A stretch of DNA of 64,000 nt from Flavobacteriales bacterium (GCA_016710685.1 JADJVC010000001.1:200948-264947), one strand, 5' to 3'. Counted from the first letter of the stretch, positions 37,937-47,994 are shown. Notes: a model not told the origin generated them from the sequence alone. Translations and numbers: made by a program.

Positions 37937-40130
37937 TTTGCGGATCCGTACGTCGGCCTTGCGAAAGCTCGGCGGTCCGCTTATGCTCATGCCGCGCACT
38001 ACGGAACTGGATGCCTTCGTGTTTTCCGCCAGCCGCTTCAAGGAAGCCCGCCGGGATGTACCCGAGCAGATCGACGTGCTTGCCCGCAAGGAGATCGCCT
38101 TCGATGCGCCGCAAAGCACCGGCGACCTGCTGCAGAACAGTGGTGCGCTCTTCGTGCAGAAAAGCCAGATGGGCGGCGGAAGTCCCGTGATCCGTGGCTT
38201 CGAGGCCAGCCGTGTGCTGTTGGTGGTGGACGGCGTGCGCATGAACAACGCCATCTACCGCGCCGGCCATTTGCAGGACATCATGACGGTGGACCCGAAT
38301 GCCTTGGAACGCATCGAGGTGATCAGCGGCCCGGCCTCCGTGGTCTACGGCAGCGATGCCTTGGGCGGCGTGGTACACCTGATGACACGCAGCGCGCCCT
38401 TCGCCGACAGCGCGGGGACGCACCTGTTCCACGGCGGCGCATTTACGCGCTACAGCTCGGCCAACAACGAACGCACGGCCCATGCCGATGTGAGCTTGAG
38501 CAGCCACAAACTTTCGAGCTTCACCAGCATCACAGCCAGCGATTTCGGGGACCTGCGCCAAGGGAGCCAACGCCTTGCAGCCTATCCGGATTTCGGGAAG
38601 AAGCCGTTCACGGTGGACCGCATCAACGGCACGGACGTTGCCGTTGTGAACCCGGACCCGGATGTGCAGACCGGCACCGGCTATCAACAGTTGGACGTGT
38701 TGGAAAAACTGCGTTTCCGTAGTGGCGCGCACACCGTGCACCAGCTCAATCTGCAACTGAGCACCAGCAGCGATGTGCCGCGCTACGACCGGAGTTCTAT
38801 TTACTCCACGGACAGTGCGGGGGCGATCGTTCCCGCCAGTGCTGAATGGTATTACGGTCCGCAGCAGCGCTTGCTGGCGGCCTATACGTTGGAATTGGAA
38901 GGGCGCGGCTTCTATGATCAAAGCCACATCACCGCCAATGCGCAACGCGTGGTGCAAAGCCGCCACAACCGGAATTTTGGAAGCAGCACACGGAAAAACC
39001 GCAACGAGGAAGTCACCGTTTTCGGCCTCAATGCGGATTTTGAAAAGCGCTTCGCGAAACACGAATTGCGCTACGGCTTGGAGTTGACGCGCGATGCGGT
39101 GACCTCTACTGCGTTTGCAGAGGACATCGGAACGGGCGCCACTTCTTACCTCGGTTCGCGCTATCCGGGCACCAGCACCATGACGCATGCCGCGGTGTAC
39201 CTCACGCACACCGTGGAACTGAGCCGCAAATGGCTGCTGAGCGAAGGCGTTCGGCTTACCAATGTGGGCCTGCGCAGCACCTTCAGCGATGCGGCGGATT
39301 TCCAGTTCCTCAACGGCACGGTGGCGCAGGACAACACAGCGTTCAATTGGCGGGCAGGTGCGGTTTTTTCTCCGGAAAAATCGTGGCGCTTCACCGCGTT
39401 GGCGAGCACCGGCTTCCGCGCGCCCAACGTGGACGATCTCGGCAAGGTGTTCGACAGCACGCCCGGCCAAGTGATCGTGCCCAACCCTGATCTGCGTCCG
39501 GAACACACGCTGAACGTGGAAGCGGGCATCAACAAGATCTTCGCGGAACGCTACACCCTCGATCTGCAAGCCTTCCACACGTGGTACACCGATGCGCTGG
39601 TGGTGGCGCCGTTCACCGCGAACGGTCGCGACAGCCTCCTTTACGATGGCTCGCTGAGCCAAGTAACGGCATTGGTGAATGCGGGCAAGGCGACCATAAC
39701 CGGCGGCAGCGCGCAGTTGGCCGCCAAATTCACCACGAACTGGTCGCTCAGCAGCGGCATTATGTACACCTACGGGCGCGTTGAAACGGACAGCACACCC
39801 ACGCCGTTGGACCACGTGCCACCGGTTTACGGGCGAACAGCATTGGTATACTCCACAAAGAAGTTGCACGCCGAATTGTATGCCTTGTACAACGGCTGGA
39901 AACGGTTGGCCGACTACAGCGGAAGCGGCGAGGACAACTTGGCCAGCGCCACGCCGGACGGAATGCCAGCTTGGTGGACACTAAGCGTACGTAGCGAGTA
40001 TTCTTTTTCGCAGACCTTTTCGGTGCAGGCCGGCGTGGAGAATATCCTTGACCGCAACTACCGGGTTTTTGCCAGTGGCGTTAGCGCTCCTGGTCGGAAT
40101 GTGATGGTGGCGTTGCGGGTGGATTGGTAA
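37692..40130 (+). CDS. TonB-dependent receptor (N-terminal carboxypeptidase-like regulatory domain, plug, 22-strand barrel)
   Basis: Signal peptide FLTFISSLALGFTASAQ; plug motifs IEVISGPASVVYGSDALGGVVHL; C-terminal ...NVMVALRVDW. Confidence 0.85.
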   Translation: MMDARKYYHAFLTFISSLALGFTASAQSLQVLDGTSRQPVVGAVLTSTDPARQATSDSSGRVDLAVFPDSAWVRVEHIAFEPLRIRTSALRKLGGPLMLMPRTTELDAFVFSASRFKEARRDVPEQIDVLARKEIAFDAPQSTGDLLQNSGALFVQKSQMGGGSPVIRGFEASRVLLVVDGVRMNNAIYRAGHLQDIMTVDPNALERIEVISGPASVVYGSDALGGVVHLMTRSAPFADSAGTHLFHGGAFTRYSSANNERTAHADVSLSSHKLSSFTSITASDFGDLRQGSQRLAAYPDFGKKPFTVDRINGTDVAVVNPDPDVQTGTGYQQLDVLEKLRFRSGAHTVHQLNLQLSTSSDVPRYDRSSIYSTDSAGAIVPASAEWYYGPQQRLLAAYTLELEGRGFYDQSHITANAQRVVQSRHNRNFGSSTRKNRNEEVTVFGLNADFEKRFAKHELRYGLELTRDAVTSTAFAEDIGTGATSYLGSRYPGTSTMTHAAVYLTHTVELSRKWLLSEGVRLTNVGLRSTFSDAADFQFLNGTVAQDNTAFNWRAGAVFSPEKSWRFTALASTGFRAPNVDDLGKVFDSTPGQVIVPNPDLRPEHTLNVEAGINKIFAERYTLDLQAFHTWYTDALVVAPFTANGRDSLLYDGSLSQVTALVNAGKATITGGSAQLAAKFTTNWSLSSGIMYTYGRVETDSTPTPLDHVPPVYGRTALVYSTKKLHAELYALYNGWKRLADYSGSGEDNLASATPDGMPAWWTLSVRSEYSFSQTFSVQAGVENILDRNYRVFASGVSAPGRNVMVALRVDW

Positions 40131-40212
40131 TTGTCCCATCGCAGTTCTCGAGGCGGTGACCGCGGGGTCGCAAGCCTCAGCAGGTCAAAATGCGAACCGC
40201 TTTGAACCGGAG

Positions 40213-41520
40213 TTAAGCCCGCTTCCGCACCTCCTGCACGATCGTCCGCAGTTCGAACACCGTTCCGGGGCCGGGTTCCAGCTCCAACGTGGCATCCAAT
40301 TGGCCAGCCAACGTCTTGATGAGCTCCATGCCCAGGCTCTTGGGCTTTTCCCATTGCTTGCGGTCGGGTAGGCCGATGCCGTCGTCGCCCAAGCGTAGGA
40401 AAATACCGCCTTGTTCCGTGCCGCTGAGGTGTACGATGATCGTGCCTTCATCGCGCCCTGTGAACGCGTGCTTGAAACTGTTGCTGATCACTTCATTGAT
40501 CAACAGGCCAAGCGGGGTCAAGGTGTCCACGCCCAAGGTTTTAACTTGGATGTCCACGTCCATGTGCAGTTTCACGCGGATGTTGTAAGCGCTGACCAAG
40601 TCGCGCACCAGGCAATTGAGGTAGCTGGCCACGTCGATGTTCGCGAGATCTTTGCTGAGGTAGGTCTGCTCATGCACGAGTGCCATGGCGCCCACGCGGT
40701 TCACGCATTCGTTGAAGAGTTCCAAGGTGCGCGGGTCTTCCACCTTGTCCGTTTGGAAGCGGATCAGGCTGCGGACGATCTGCAGGTTGTTCTTCACCCG
40801 GTGGTGGATCTCCTTCAGCATCACTTCTTTTTCCTCCTTGCTCAGCATGGTTTCGCGCAGTTCGCGGTAGGCGTGTTCCAGCTCCACGCCGGTGCGCGCC
40901 AGCAATTTGCTGCGTTCGTGCGAGCGGAAGAGCACTTTCGCGACCCATGCGGCGAGCAGCGCACTGGCCATGGCGAACAGGCCGGCCAGCACGAGCATCC
41001 ATTGCACTTCGCTCCATTGGTTGTTCATAAGGGCGGTTTCGCGCCCAAGACCGGCTTTGTGAACGTTGCGAACGGTGGATTCCACTTGCGCGCTGGCCTG
41101 TTGGGCCATTACGCCGATCACCGCTTCGGTCATGCGGGCCTGTTCATCCTTGGTGCGCACGCTCAACGCTTGGGTGTGCAAGGAATCGAGGTTGTAAAGC
41201 AGTTTGTCGAGGTTTTCTTCGAGCGAAGCCAGTCCGAGTCCTTCATCTTTAGTACGAATGACCGAGCCGATAACGGCATGTGTTTGGGCCATTTTTACGG
41301 ACCAATCGCGTGTCCCGGCATCCCGGTCGTGCCGGTGCGCCGTGGGAAGCTGGTCGATGGTGGCCCCCACTTGGCTCAACGCGTCCAATAGCTTCACATG
41401 GCTGGCCATGCGCTGCTGCATCTGTTGGGCCCGGTTCATTAACGAAATGTCCCATGCGGTGAACACAATGGCGACAAACGCGGCGGCAAAAGGCCAGATT
41501 TTCCAAGGCAAGTGCTTCAA
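40213..41520 (-). CDS. Sensor histidine kinase, HisKA_2/HATPase_c_2 type, with two TM segments and a periplasmic sensor domain
   Basis: TM1 IWPFAAAFVAIVFTAW, TM2 VQWMLVLAGLFAMASALLAAWVA; H-box EIHHRVKNNLQIV; ATPase ...SNSFKHAF..GDDGIGLP... Confidence 0.85.
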   Translation of the reverse strand: MKHLPWKIWPFAAAFVAIVFTAWDISLMNRAQQMQQRMASHVKLLDALSQVGATIDQLPTAHRHDRDAGTRDWSVKMAQTHAVIGSVIRTKDEGLGLASLEENLDKLLYNLDSLHTQALSVRTKDEQARMTEAVIGVMAQQASAQVESTVRNVHKAGLGRETALMNNQWSEVQWMLVLAGLFAMASALLAAWVAKVLFRSHERSKLLARTGVELEHAYRELRETMLSKEEKEVMLKEIHHRVKNNLQIVRSLIRFQTDKVEDPRTLELFNECVNRVGAMALVHEQTYLSKDLANIDVASYLNCLVRDLVSAYNIRVKLHMDVDIQVKTLGVDTLTPLGLLINEVISNSFKHAFTGRDEGTIIVHLSGTEQGGIFLRLGDDGIGLPDRKQWEKPKSLGMELIKTLAGQLDATLELEPGPGTVFELRTIVQEVRKRA

Positions 41521-41564
41521 AGCGAAAGGGGTTTGCCCGTTGTACGTGGCCCATGCGCCCTGCG

Positions 41565-42122
41565 TTACGGGGCGGCGGCCAGCAGCCGCAGGCGTGCCGC
41601 GAACGCGTGCATGGCCTCTTGTACCTTCCGCGTGGCCTGGTCGCGCATGTCGGCATGGAGCCGTTGTGCGCTGCCTTGGCTAATGCCCCGTGTTTTCTGC
41701 ACCGGGCGATCGCCCACGTAGATCGGCCCAAGGTCAACGCCGCCGCCCGGGGCGGCTTGGTTCCCAGTGTGCTCCAACTGCGCGATGCGCACCAGGCACT
41801 GGCCATTGCGTGCCTCAATGGTAATGCGGTACGCAATAGCGCCCATGGTGGCTTCCCGACTTCCTAAGCCCGTACTGCGGTAGTTGACCCGCGCTGATCC
41901 CTCGATCCGTCCGTTGGCCGTGTCCACCTGCAAAAGCACTGCGCCAGGCTGTTGGCCGAAACTGTATTCCCAAGCCCGCAGGGATAACTCGAAGGCCTGC
42001 GCTTTGGATAGCTGCAGTGCGATGGCGTCGGAGAAAGTGAGCAATGTGCCCGTGCCGGAATTAACCTGCGCGGAAGCGGCCAGCGAACAAACGAAAAATA
42101 AGGGGAAAAGTGCCCTTGGCAT
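41565..42122 (-). CDS. Hypothetical secreted/lipoprotein (DUF4468-like)
   Basis: Signal MPRALFPLFFVCSLAASAQ. The start was moved from the track's 42176 to the Met preceding the signal peptide. Confidence 0.55.
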   Translation of the reverse strand: MPRALFPLFFVCSLAASAQVNSGTGTLLTFSDAIALQLSKAQAFELSLRAWEYSFGQQPGAVLLQVDTANGRIEGSARVNYRSTGLGSREATMGAIAYRITIEARNGQCLVRIAQLEHTGNQAAPGGGVDLGPIYVGDRPVQKTRGISQGSAQRLHADMRDQATRKVQEAMHAFAARLRLLAAAP

Positions 42123-42237
42123 GGGTCGAAAGTTAACTGGACAGGATTTTCTGCTGTGAATGATCGCAAAATCCATTTGGAAACAAGCTCCGTGCCGGTA
42201 ATTTCGCGTTCCCTAATCTCACTTATTCCTAACGCTA

Positions 42238-43176
42238 ATGGAATCCACACGCAAGCCGTCCCTGAAAGTCGGCGTTTTCTACGATGGCAGTTATTTCACC
42301 CATGTGAGCAACTACTACAACTACGTGCATCCGCACCGCCGCCGACTGCATATCGGTGGCCTGCACGAGTTCATCAAGCAGATGGTGGCGGAGCGGGAAG
42401 GCACCCTGCCCAACCTCTGCCACATCATCGATGCACATTTTTTCCGTGGCCGCTTCAGTGCCAAGGACGCCAATGAGAAGACGAACCAGCTCTACTACGA
42501 TCGTGTTTTCGATGATGTGCTTATGTACAACGGCGTGCAAACGCACTACCTCCCGGTGAAGGACCTTATGGGCCGCAAACGGGAAAAAGGCATCGATGTG
42601 CTGATGGCCCTGGAGACCTACGAGCTGTGCATGCTGAAAAGGTTCGACGTAGTGGCACTTATCGCCAGTGATGGTGACCATGTGCCCTTGGTGAAAAAAT
42701 TGCACGCACTGGGCTGCAATACGATGCTTCTGGGCTGGGATTTCGAATACACGGACGAGACAACCGGCGAACAGCAGACCACCAAGACCAGTACGGACCT
42801 ATGGAATGAGGTAAGCTGGCCGCTGGAGATGGCGGACTTGGTGGAAGAAGGTCTGCGGTCGGACGACGAGACGGTCCGCGAAATGTTCGTGCTGAAAGAA
42901 TCCACCCCCCGCGAACCCGAAGGCGAACGCCCATTGGTAAGCATAAGCGACTACAACGACGAGGAACGCTACACCGGCGAGATCATGAGCCTGCACGCGG
43001 GTTACGGCTTCATCCGTTTTCCGGACAACAACGTGTTCTTCATCCGCGACGATCTGGACGGCATCGAGTTCAGCGATCTTACCGTTGGCACGATGGTGCA
43101 GTTCAACGTGGCCTTCAACAGCAAAGGCCAGCGCGTTGCGAAGAAAATTGCGAAGGTCGCGGAGGAAGCCTTGTAG
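42238..43176 (+). CDS. NYN/LabA-like nuclease-domain protein with C-terminal cold-shock (CSD) domain
   Basis: N-terminal VGVFYDGSYF...GIDVLMALETYEL...ALIASDGDHVPLVKKL (NYN/LabA); C-terminal GEIMSLHAGYGFIRFPDNNVFFIRDDLDG...VQFNV (CSD-like). Confidence 0.75.
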   Translation: MESTRKPSLKVGVFYDGSYFTHVSNYYNYVHPHRRRLHIGGLHEFIKQMVAEREGTLPNLCHIIDAHFFRGRFSAKDANEKTNQLYYDRVFDDVLMYNGVQTHYLPVKDLMGRKREKGIDVLMALETYELCMLKRFDVVALIASDGDHVPLVKKLHALGCNTMLLGWDFEYTDETTGEQQTTKTSTDLWNEVSWPLEMADLVEEGLRSDDETVREMFVLKESTPREPEGERPLVSISDYNDEERYTGEIMSLHAGYGFIRFPDNNVFFIRDDLDGIEFSDLTVGTMVQFNVAFNSKGQRVAKKIAKVAEEAL

Positions 43177-43180
43177 TGCT

Positions 43181-43882
43181 TTACGCCACAAGTAATGCCA
43201 CTGTGAACGAGCTGCCTTTGCCGATGCCTTGGCTGCTGGCAGAAAGTGTTCCGCCTTGCGCTTCCGCCCATTGCTTCGCTCTGGAAAGTGTGCTTCTGGC
43301 TTGGCTTTCGCCGCCGGTGCTCTGCGATGAGAGCATGGCATAACGCGTGAAGATCTCCTCGAGGTCTTTCCCGGACAGTCCCACTCCAGGGTCTGCAACA
43401 GTCAATTGTAAAAGGCCATCGGCTTCCTCGGCGAAAATGTTGATCTGTGCGCCCTCCGGCGAAAACTTACTTGCGTTGGACAGCAGTGCTTCGGCAATGT
43501 TTGCGAATAGACGCGGGTCCGCCAGTACGCGAACGTCCGCCCCGACGGAGAGGACATAATGCTGCTTTTTGGGCGTGGAACGGAAGGCCATGCTTTTTAC
43601 GGACCGCTCCAGCACTTGCCGTACGGCCACGATTTCGCGGTGCGCGGTCTCAACACCGCGCGGCACGCCAAATCCGTCCAGGAGTTGCTCTACTTGCCGC
43701 GCGCCGGCGAAGTAGTTTTTCTCCGCCATTTCCACCAATTCCTTGTGTTCCGGACCCGGCGGCAGCTCGTGCAGCAAGTTGGCAGCCTGCCAAAGCGCAC
43801 CGAGGCGGTTCTTCAGGTCATGCGAGAACCGGTGCAACCGTTCGTTGCGCCCGGCCTCGTCCATTTTCAACAGTTCAGGCAT
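43181..43882 (-). CDS. Cytoplasmic histidine kinase (HisKA + HATPase_c), no TM segments
   Basis: H-box RFSHDLKNRLGAL; N/G boxes ...NASKFSPEG...VADPGVGLSGKDLEEIF. Confidence 0.8.
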   Translation of the reverse strand: MPELLKMDEAGRNERLHRFSHDLKNRLGALWQAANLLHELPPGPEHKELVEMAEKNYFAGARQVEQLLDGFGVPRGVETAHREIVAVRQVLERSVKSMAFRSTPKKQHYVLSVGADVRVLADPRLFANIAEALLSNASKFSPEGAQINIFAEEADGLLQLTVADPGVGLSGKDLEEIFTRYAMLSSQSTGGESQARSTLSRAKQWAEAQGGTLSASSQGIGKGSSFTVALLVA

Positions 43883-44243
43883 GGCCGTCCATGATGCCGT
43901 AAAGCACTTGGTTGAGCCCGTCGGGGTCGATCGGCTTCAGCAAGTAGTGGCAATGGTCCAATTTGCTGATGCCGTCCACGATCTCCGGCCGGCTGCTCGC
44001 CGTAAGGAAAATGATCGGCATCTGGTCCGTGCGCCGGATCTCCCGCGCTAATTCCAACCCGTTCTTTTCACCTTTGAGATAGACGTCCATCATGATGGCG
44101 TCGGGGTTGGTCTCTTTCAGGAGTATTTCTGCTTCGGCGCTGCTGGATGCACGGCCGGAAACTTCGAAGCCCATCCGTTCCAGTTGCAACTGGTAGCCGA
44201 ATGAAATGATGGACTCATCTTCGATGATCAAGATCTTTTTCAT
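43875..44243 (-). CDS. Response regulator receiver (CheY-like, stand-alone)
   Basis: KILIIEDESII...DAIMMDVYL...IIFLTAS...LLKP. Confidence 0.85.
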   Translation of the reverse strand: MKKILIIEDESIISFGYQLQLERMGFEVSGRASSSAEAEILLKETNPDAIMMDVYLKGEKNGLELAREIRRTDQMPIIFLTASSRPEIVDGISKLDHCHYLLKPIDPDGLNQVLYGIMDGHA

Positions 44244-44245
44244 GT

Positions 44246-44662
44246 TCAGTTTGCGCTGGAGCGGCGCTGGATGTGTTCGTTTGCGATGAGCAGGAAGCGC
44301 TCTTTAGTCAGTGGTTTCTCTACGTAGGCACTCACGTTCGGGAGCTGGTCGGCCATGGCCATGTCCACCGGACGATTGCTGCTGGAACAGAGTACCACCG
44401 TGGTTGAGGCGGCAGAAATGAGGTTTTCAGTGTTGCAGTGCCGGATGAATTCGAAACCATTAGTGGAAGGCATGTTGATATCCACCAGCAACAGGTCCGG
44501 CTGATCGGCAGTGGTGCGTAAATGCTGGAGCGCGATGTCCGGGTCTTGGAATGCGCTGACCTTGCCTCCGTATCCGGACTTTTTCAGCATCATGCGCGTG
44601 ATCAAGTGGTAATCATCCTCATCGTCCACTACCATGATGTGCTTGATACGGTTTGCTAGCAT
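44246..44662 (-). CDS. Response regulator receiver (stand-alone); start trimmed to MLANRIKHIMVVDDE
   Basis: Receiver motifs IMVVDDEDDYHL...LLLVDINMP...VVLCSSS...VEKP. The track ORF's N-terminal 81 aa are arginine-rich and non-protein-like. Confidence 0.8.
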   Translation of the reverse strand: MLANRIKHIMVVDDEDDYHLITRMMLKKSGYGGKVSAFQDPDIALQHLRTTADQPDLLLVDINMPSTNGFEFIRHCNTENLISAASTTVVLCSSSNRPVDMAMADQLPNVSAYVEKPLTKERFLLIANEHIQRRSSAN

Positions 44663-44922
44663 GCGCTTGTTATTTGGACCTCTTACGCCGAACGGAGGAT
44701 TAGGTTCGATGAACCGGTGTTTTCGTTTAACCTTCGTTAGGCAACATTGCACCAAACTTGACAATCGGCGTTGTTGCCTGATTGCGCTTCGTGCACGTGG
44801 GGTGCAACTCTGGTTACTCGAACGAACGCTTGATACCGTGCGTCGTTGGCCCGATGGTGCTTTATTGGTTCGCACCCTGCATTGCACCTCACAGCGGCGC
44901 GGCACTGCTCACCATCGTGGCC

Positions 44923-44958
44923 CACTGCCACTGCCACTGCCGACTGCCGCTGCCACTG
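44923..44958. repeat. Hexamer microsatellite (CCACTG/CCGACTG/CCGCTG)x6 in the 320-bp leader upstream of the receiver–receiver–kinase operon
   Basis: CACTGCCACTGCCACTGCCGACTGCCGCTGCCACTG. Confidence 0.8.
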
Positions 44959-44982
44959 AAAACTAAAAGCAGACCAAGCAAT

Positions 44983-45576
44983 TCACCCCTTCGACTCGTT
45001 CCACGTCTTGTACAGTGCTGTGATCGGCTGCCGGTCAGCGGGCACTTCGCGCAGCGGTTCACAGGCTTCCAACGTAGCCCACAGCTCCGCAGGCAGGGCT
45101 TGGTAAAGCTTCGTGCCCGCTGTTTTCCAAGCGAGCATGTCATCGCTTACGTCCTTTACCGCCTTCGCGGGATTGCCCACGATCACCTTCCGCGGGGCCC
45201 ACACCGAATCCGCTGGCAGGAAGGCCAATGCGCCCACGATGCAACCATCACCCAGTTCCACGCGGTCCATCAGCACCGCGTTCATGCCCACCAAACAGTT
45301 GCGACCTACATGTGCACCGTGGATGATGGCGCCGTGACCGATGTGCGCTCCTTCCTCCAACCGCACCGTGACGCCGGGGAACATGTGGACGGTGCAGTTC
45401 TCCTGCACATTACAACCGTCAGCCACGATGATCTCGCCCCAATCGCCGCGCAGCGCCGCCCCGGGCCCGATGTACACGTTTTTACCGATGATCACGTTGC
45501 CCGTTACCACTGCTTGTGGATGCACGAAAGCCGACTGATGGGCCACGGGTTTGTAGCCGTTGAATGCATAGAACAT
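44983..45576 (-). CDS. Gamma-carbonic anhydrase / left-handed beta-helix (hexapeptide) family protein (PaaY/YrdA-like)
   Basis: Hexapeptide repeats VTGNVIIGKNVYIGPGAALRGD...; metal-binding His HMFPGV..GHGAIIHGA. Confidence 0.85.
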   Translation of the reverse strand: MFYAFNGYKPVAHQSAFVHPQAVVTGNVIIGKNVYIGPGAALRGDWGEIIVADGCNVQENCTVHMFPGVTVRLEEGAHIGHGAIIHGAHVGRNCLVGMNAVLMDRVELGDGCIVGALAFLPADSVWAPRKVIVGNPAKAVKDVSDDMLAWKTAGTKLYQALPAELWATLEACEPLREVPADRQPITALYKTWNESKG

Positions 45577-45769
45577 GGTGCGCTTTCGAAGGGGATGGTG
45601 CGGAATGGCGATACGCGAACGTACAGCGCAGCAATGAAAGACGTGATCGCCGCTCCGGTTTGTGCGAAATAACGCTATTGGGAATGTTACCGTATGGTTA
45701 TGGATGGGTACGGATAAATCCCGTTGAGTTGACGGCAGTTACATTTGGCCACGCAACAGCGCACCCACC

Positions 45770-46417
45770 ATGCCCATTGGAGCCTTCTTCCGCTTGTTCA
45801 AGCCCAAGGACCGGGTTTTCTTCTATCACTTCGAAGCATCTGCGGCCAACGTGCTGAAGATGAGCGAGGACCTGATACACATCATGGCCACCGAACCCGG
45901 TGCACAACGCACCGCATTGCTGGAACGGTTGGTTTTGCAGGAGCGCGCCAACGACGACCTTACGCACACCATCTTCAAGGAACTGGCGCGGAATTTCATT
46001 ACGCCCATTGACCGTGAAGACATTCACGCATTAGCCGGGAGTTTGGACGATGTTGCTGACTACATTCTGGCCAGCGCGAAGAACCTCGAGCTCTTCCACA
46101 TCGAAAAGCCCGATGAGACCTGCCGCGAACTGGCCCGTTTGGTGAACGAAGGCGCCAAGATCGTCCAGATGGCCGTGCATCACCTGCGCGACCTGAACAA
46201 GCCCAATGCGCACCAGCAATTCGTGATCGATGTGAACAGCATGGAGAACGAGGCGGACGAGGTGTTCGATGCGGCCATTGAACAGCTCTTCGCGAATGAG
46301 AAGGACGCCATCCATTTGATCAAAATGAAAGAGACCTACGTGGTACTGGAACTGGCCACGGACAAGTGTGAGGACGTGGCGAACGTGATCGAATCGATCA
46401 TGCTCAAGTACGCGTAA
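45770..46417 (+). CDS. DUF47 (PhoU-like phosphate transport regulator, YkaA family) preceding PiT
   Basis: 215 aa helical protein; adjacency to the phosphate transporter is the conserved arrangement. Confidence 0.85.
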   Translation: MPIGAFFRLFKPKDRVFFYHFEASAANVLKMSEDLIHIMATEPGAQRTALLERLVLQERANDDLTHTIFKELARNFITPIDREDIHALAGSLDDVADYILASAKNLELFHIEKPDETCRELARLVNEGAKIVQMAVHHLRDLNKPNAHQQFVIDVNSMENEADEVFDAAIEQLFANEKDAIHLIKMKETYVVLELATDKCEDVANVIESIMLKYA

Positions 46418-46541
46418 TGTGTTACTGCCGCAGAGGCGCAGAGGCGCTGAGCATGCTAAGGCAACTCATGGACAGTTTAGGTCTGTTACTTTCTCGTATG
46501 CACCTCAGCGTTTCAGCGGTCAACGCTCCAACTCAAATAGG

Positions 46542-47942
46542 ATGAGCTTGATCGTGGTCATCATCATCCTGGCGCTGGTTTTCGACTACATCAACGGCTT
46601 TCACGACGCCGCCAACTCCATCGCCACGGTAGTGAGCACGAAAGTGCTTTCACCCTTCCAGGCCGTGGCGTGGGCGGCGATGTTCAATTTCGTTGCCTTC
46701 TTCATCTTCAAGGACCATGCGGTGGCGAACACCATCAGCAAAACGGTGCATGCCCAGTTCATCACCTTGCCGGTGATCTTGAGCGGGCTGGTCGCCGCTA
46801 TCATTTGGAATCTGTTGACTTGGTGGTACGGGATCCCCAGCAGCAGTTCGCATACCCTGATCGGCGGATTCGCAGGGGCTGCGCTCACGCATGCGTTCTC
46901 CACACAAACAGGGCTTTCGTTCGCTGACGTTGTGGAAAGCGGCATGATCCTCAAGATCGTCGCCTTCATCTTCCTGGCCCCCTTGCTGGGCATGGCCCTC
47001 AGCATGTTCGTGTCCTTGGTCACATTGGTGGAGAATACCTGGTTCCGCGTCTCACTCATCATCCTTACCTCGATCTTTACATGGTTCCTATTCCTGCATT
47101 TGCAAGAAGGGAAGATGGAAGACAACATCGCCAGCGTAATGCAGGTGGATGTTTTGCACACCCAAGCACAGCTCGACCCCAGCACCACTGCACTGTACGA
47201 ACAGGCGCAATTGAAATTGGATGAAGCCACGCCATTGCTGGCGCTCTATCCTAAGATCGGTGCTTCAGGCGTCGCCAAGCGGATCATCCATGACGTGGAT
47301 CCTACTTTGGACGAAGCCAAGCTTACCAAGGCGATCTCGAAAGGCGACAATTCCTGGATCCGCTACGGGATGATGGTGTTCGCATTGATCTTCATCATCG
47401 CGTACGTCTACGTGGAAAAGGTGAAAACGCCCAGCGCGTTCAGCATGGCCAAGATGTTCAAGCGGCTGCAATTGGTCTCCTCAGCGGCCGTTAGCGTGGG
47501 CCATGGCGGCAATGATGCGCAGAAGGTGATGGGCATTATCGCGGCAGCGCTGATCGCCAACGGGGACATCTCCGATTTCAAGGATATGCCGACTTGGGTC
47601 CCGCTGGCGTGCTACACAGCGATCAGTTTGGGCACCTTGAGCGGTGGTTGGAAGATCATCAAGACCATGGGCACACGCATTACCAAGGTGTCTCCATTGG
47701 AAGGCGTTTGCGCGGAAAGCGGCGGCGCCATCACCCTGTATCTCACCGAACAGATGGGCATACCAGTAAGCACCACGCACACCATCACGGGCAGCATCAT
47801 CGGCGTAGGTGCCACCAAACGGCTTAGCGCAGTTCGTTGGGGTGTTACCATCCGCCTGCTTTGGGCGTGGATCATCACCATTCCGATCAGTGCTTTGCTG
47901 GCGGCGTTGGCGTATTGGGGTTGTCACCTCTTGGGACTGTAA
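46542..47942 (+). CDS. pitA: Inorganic phosphate transporter, PiT family
   Basis: MSLIVVIIILALVFDYINGFHDAANSIATVVST (N-terminal PHO4 signature), repeated in the C-terminal half (GHGGNDAQKVMGIIAAAL); long cytoplasmic loop. The start was moved from the track's 46419. Confidence 0.85.
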   Translation: MSLIVVIIILALVFDYINGFHDAANSIATVVSTKVLSPFQAVAWAAMFNFVAFFIFKDHAVANTISKTVHAQFITLPVILSGLVAAIIWNLLTWWYGIPSSSSHTLIGGFAGAALTHAFSTQTGLSFADVVESGMILKIVAFIFLAPLLGMALSMFVSLVTLVENTWFRVSLIILTSIFTWFLFLHLQEGKMEDNIASVMQVDVLHTQAQLDPSTTALYEQAQLKLDEATPLLALYPKIGASGVAKRIIHDVDPTLDEAKLTKAISKGDNSWIRYGMMVFALIFIIAYVYVEKVKTPSAFSMAKMFKRLQLVSSAAVSVGHGGNDAQKVMGIIAAALIANGDISDFKDMPTWVPLACYTAISLGTLSGGWKIIKTMGTRITKVSPLEGVCAESGGAITLYLTEQMGIPVSTTHTITGSIIGVGATKRLSAVRWGVTIRLLWAWIITIPISALLAALAYWGCHLLGL

Positions 47943-47994
47943 TCGTATCCTCGCCCACAAATCGGACCGCCGCAAGGCGTCGTCCTGATCGGTG

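Noticed and set aside
37773-39869. 698-aa minus-strand ORF antisense to the TonB-dependent receptor
   Set aside because: High-GC antisense artefact. The plus strand encodes a complete receptor with canonical plug and barrel motifs.
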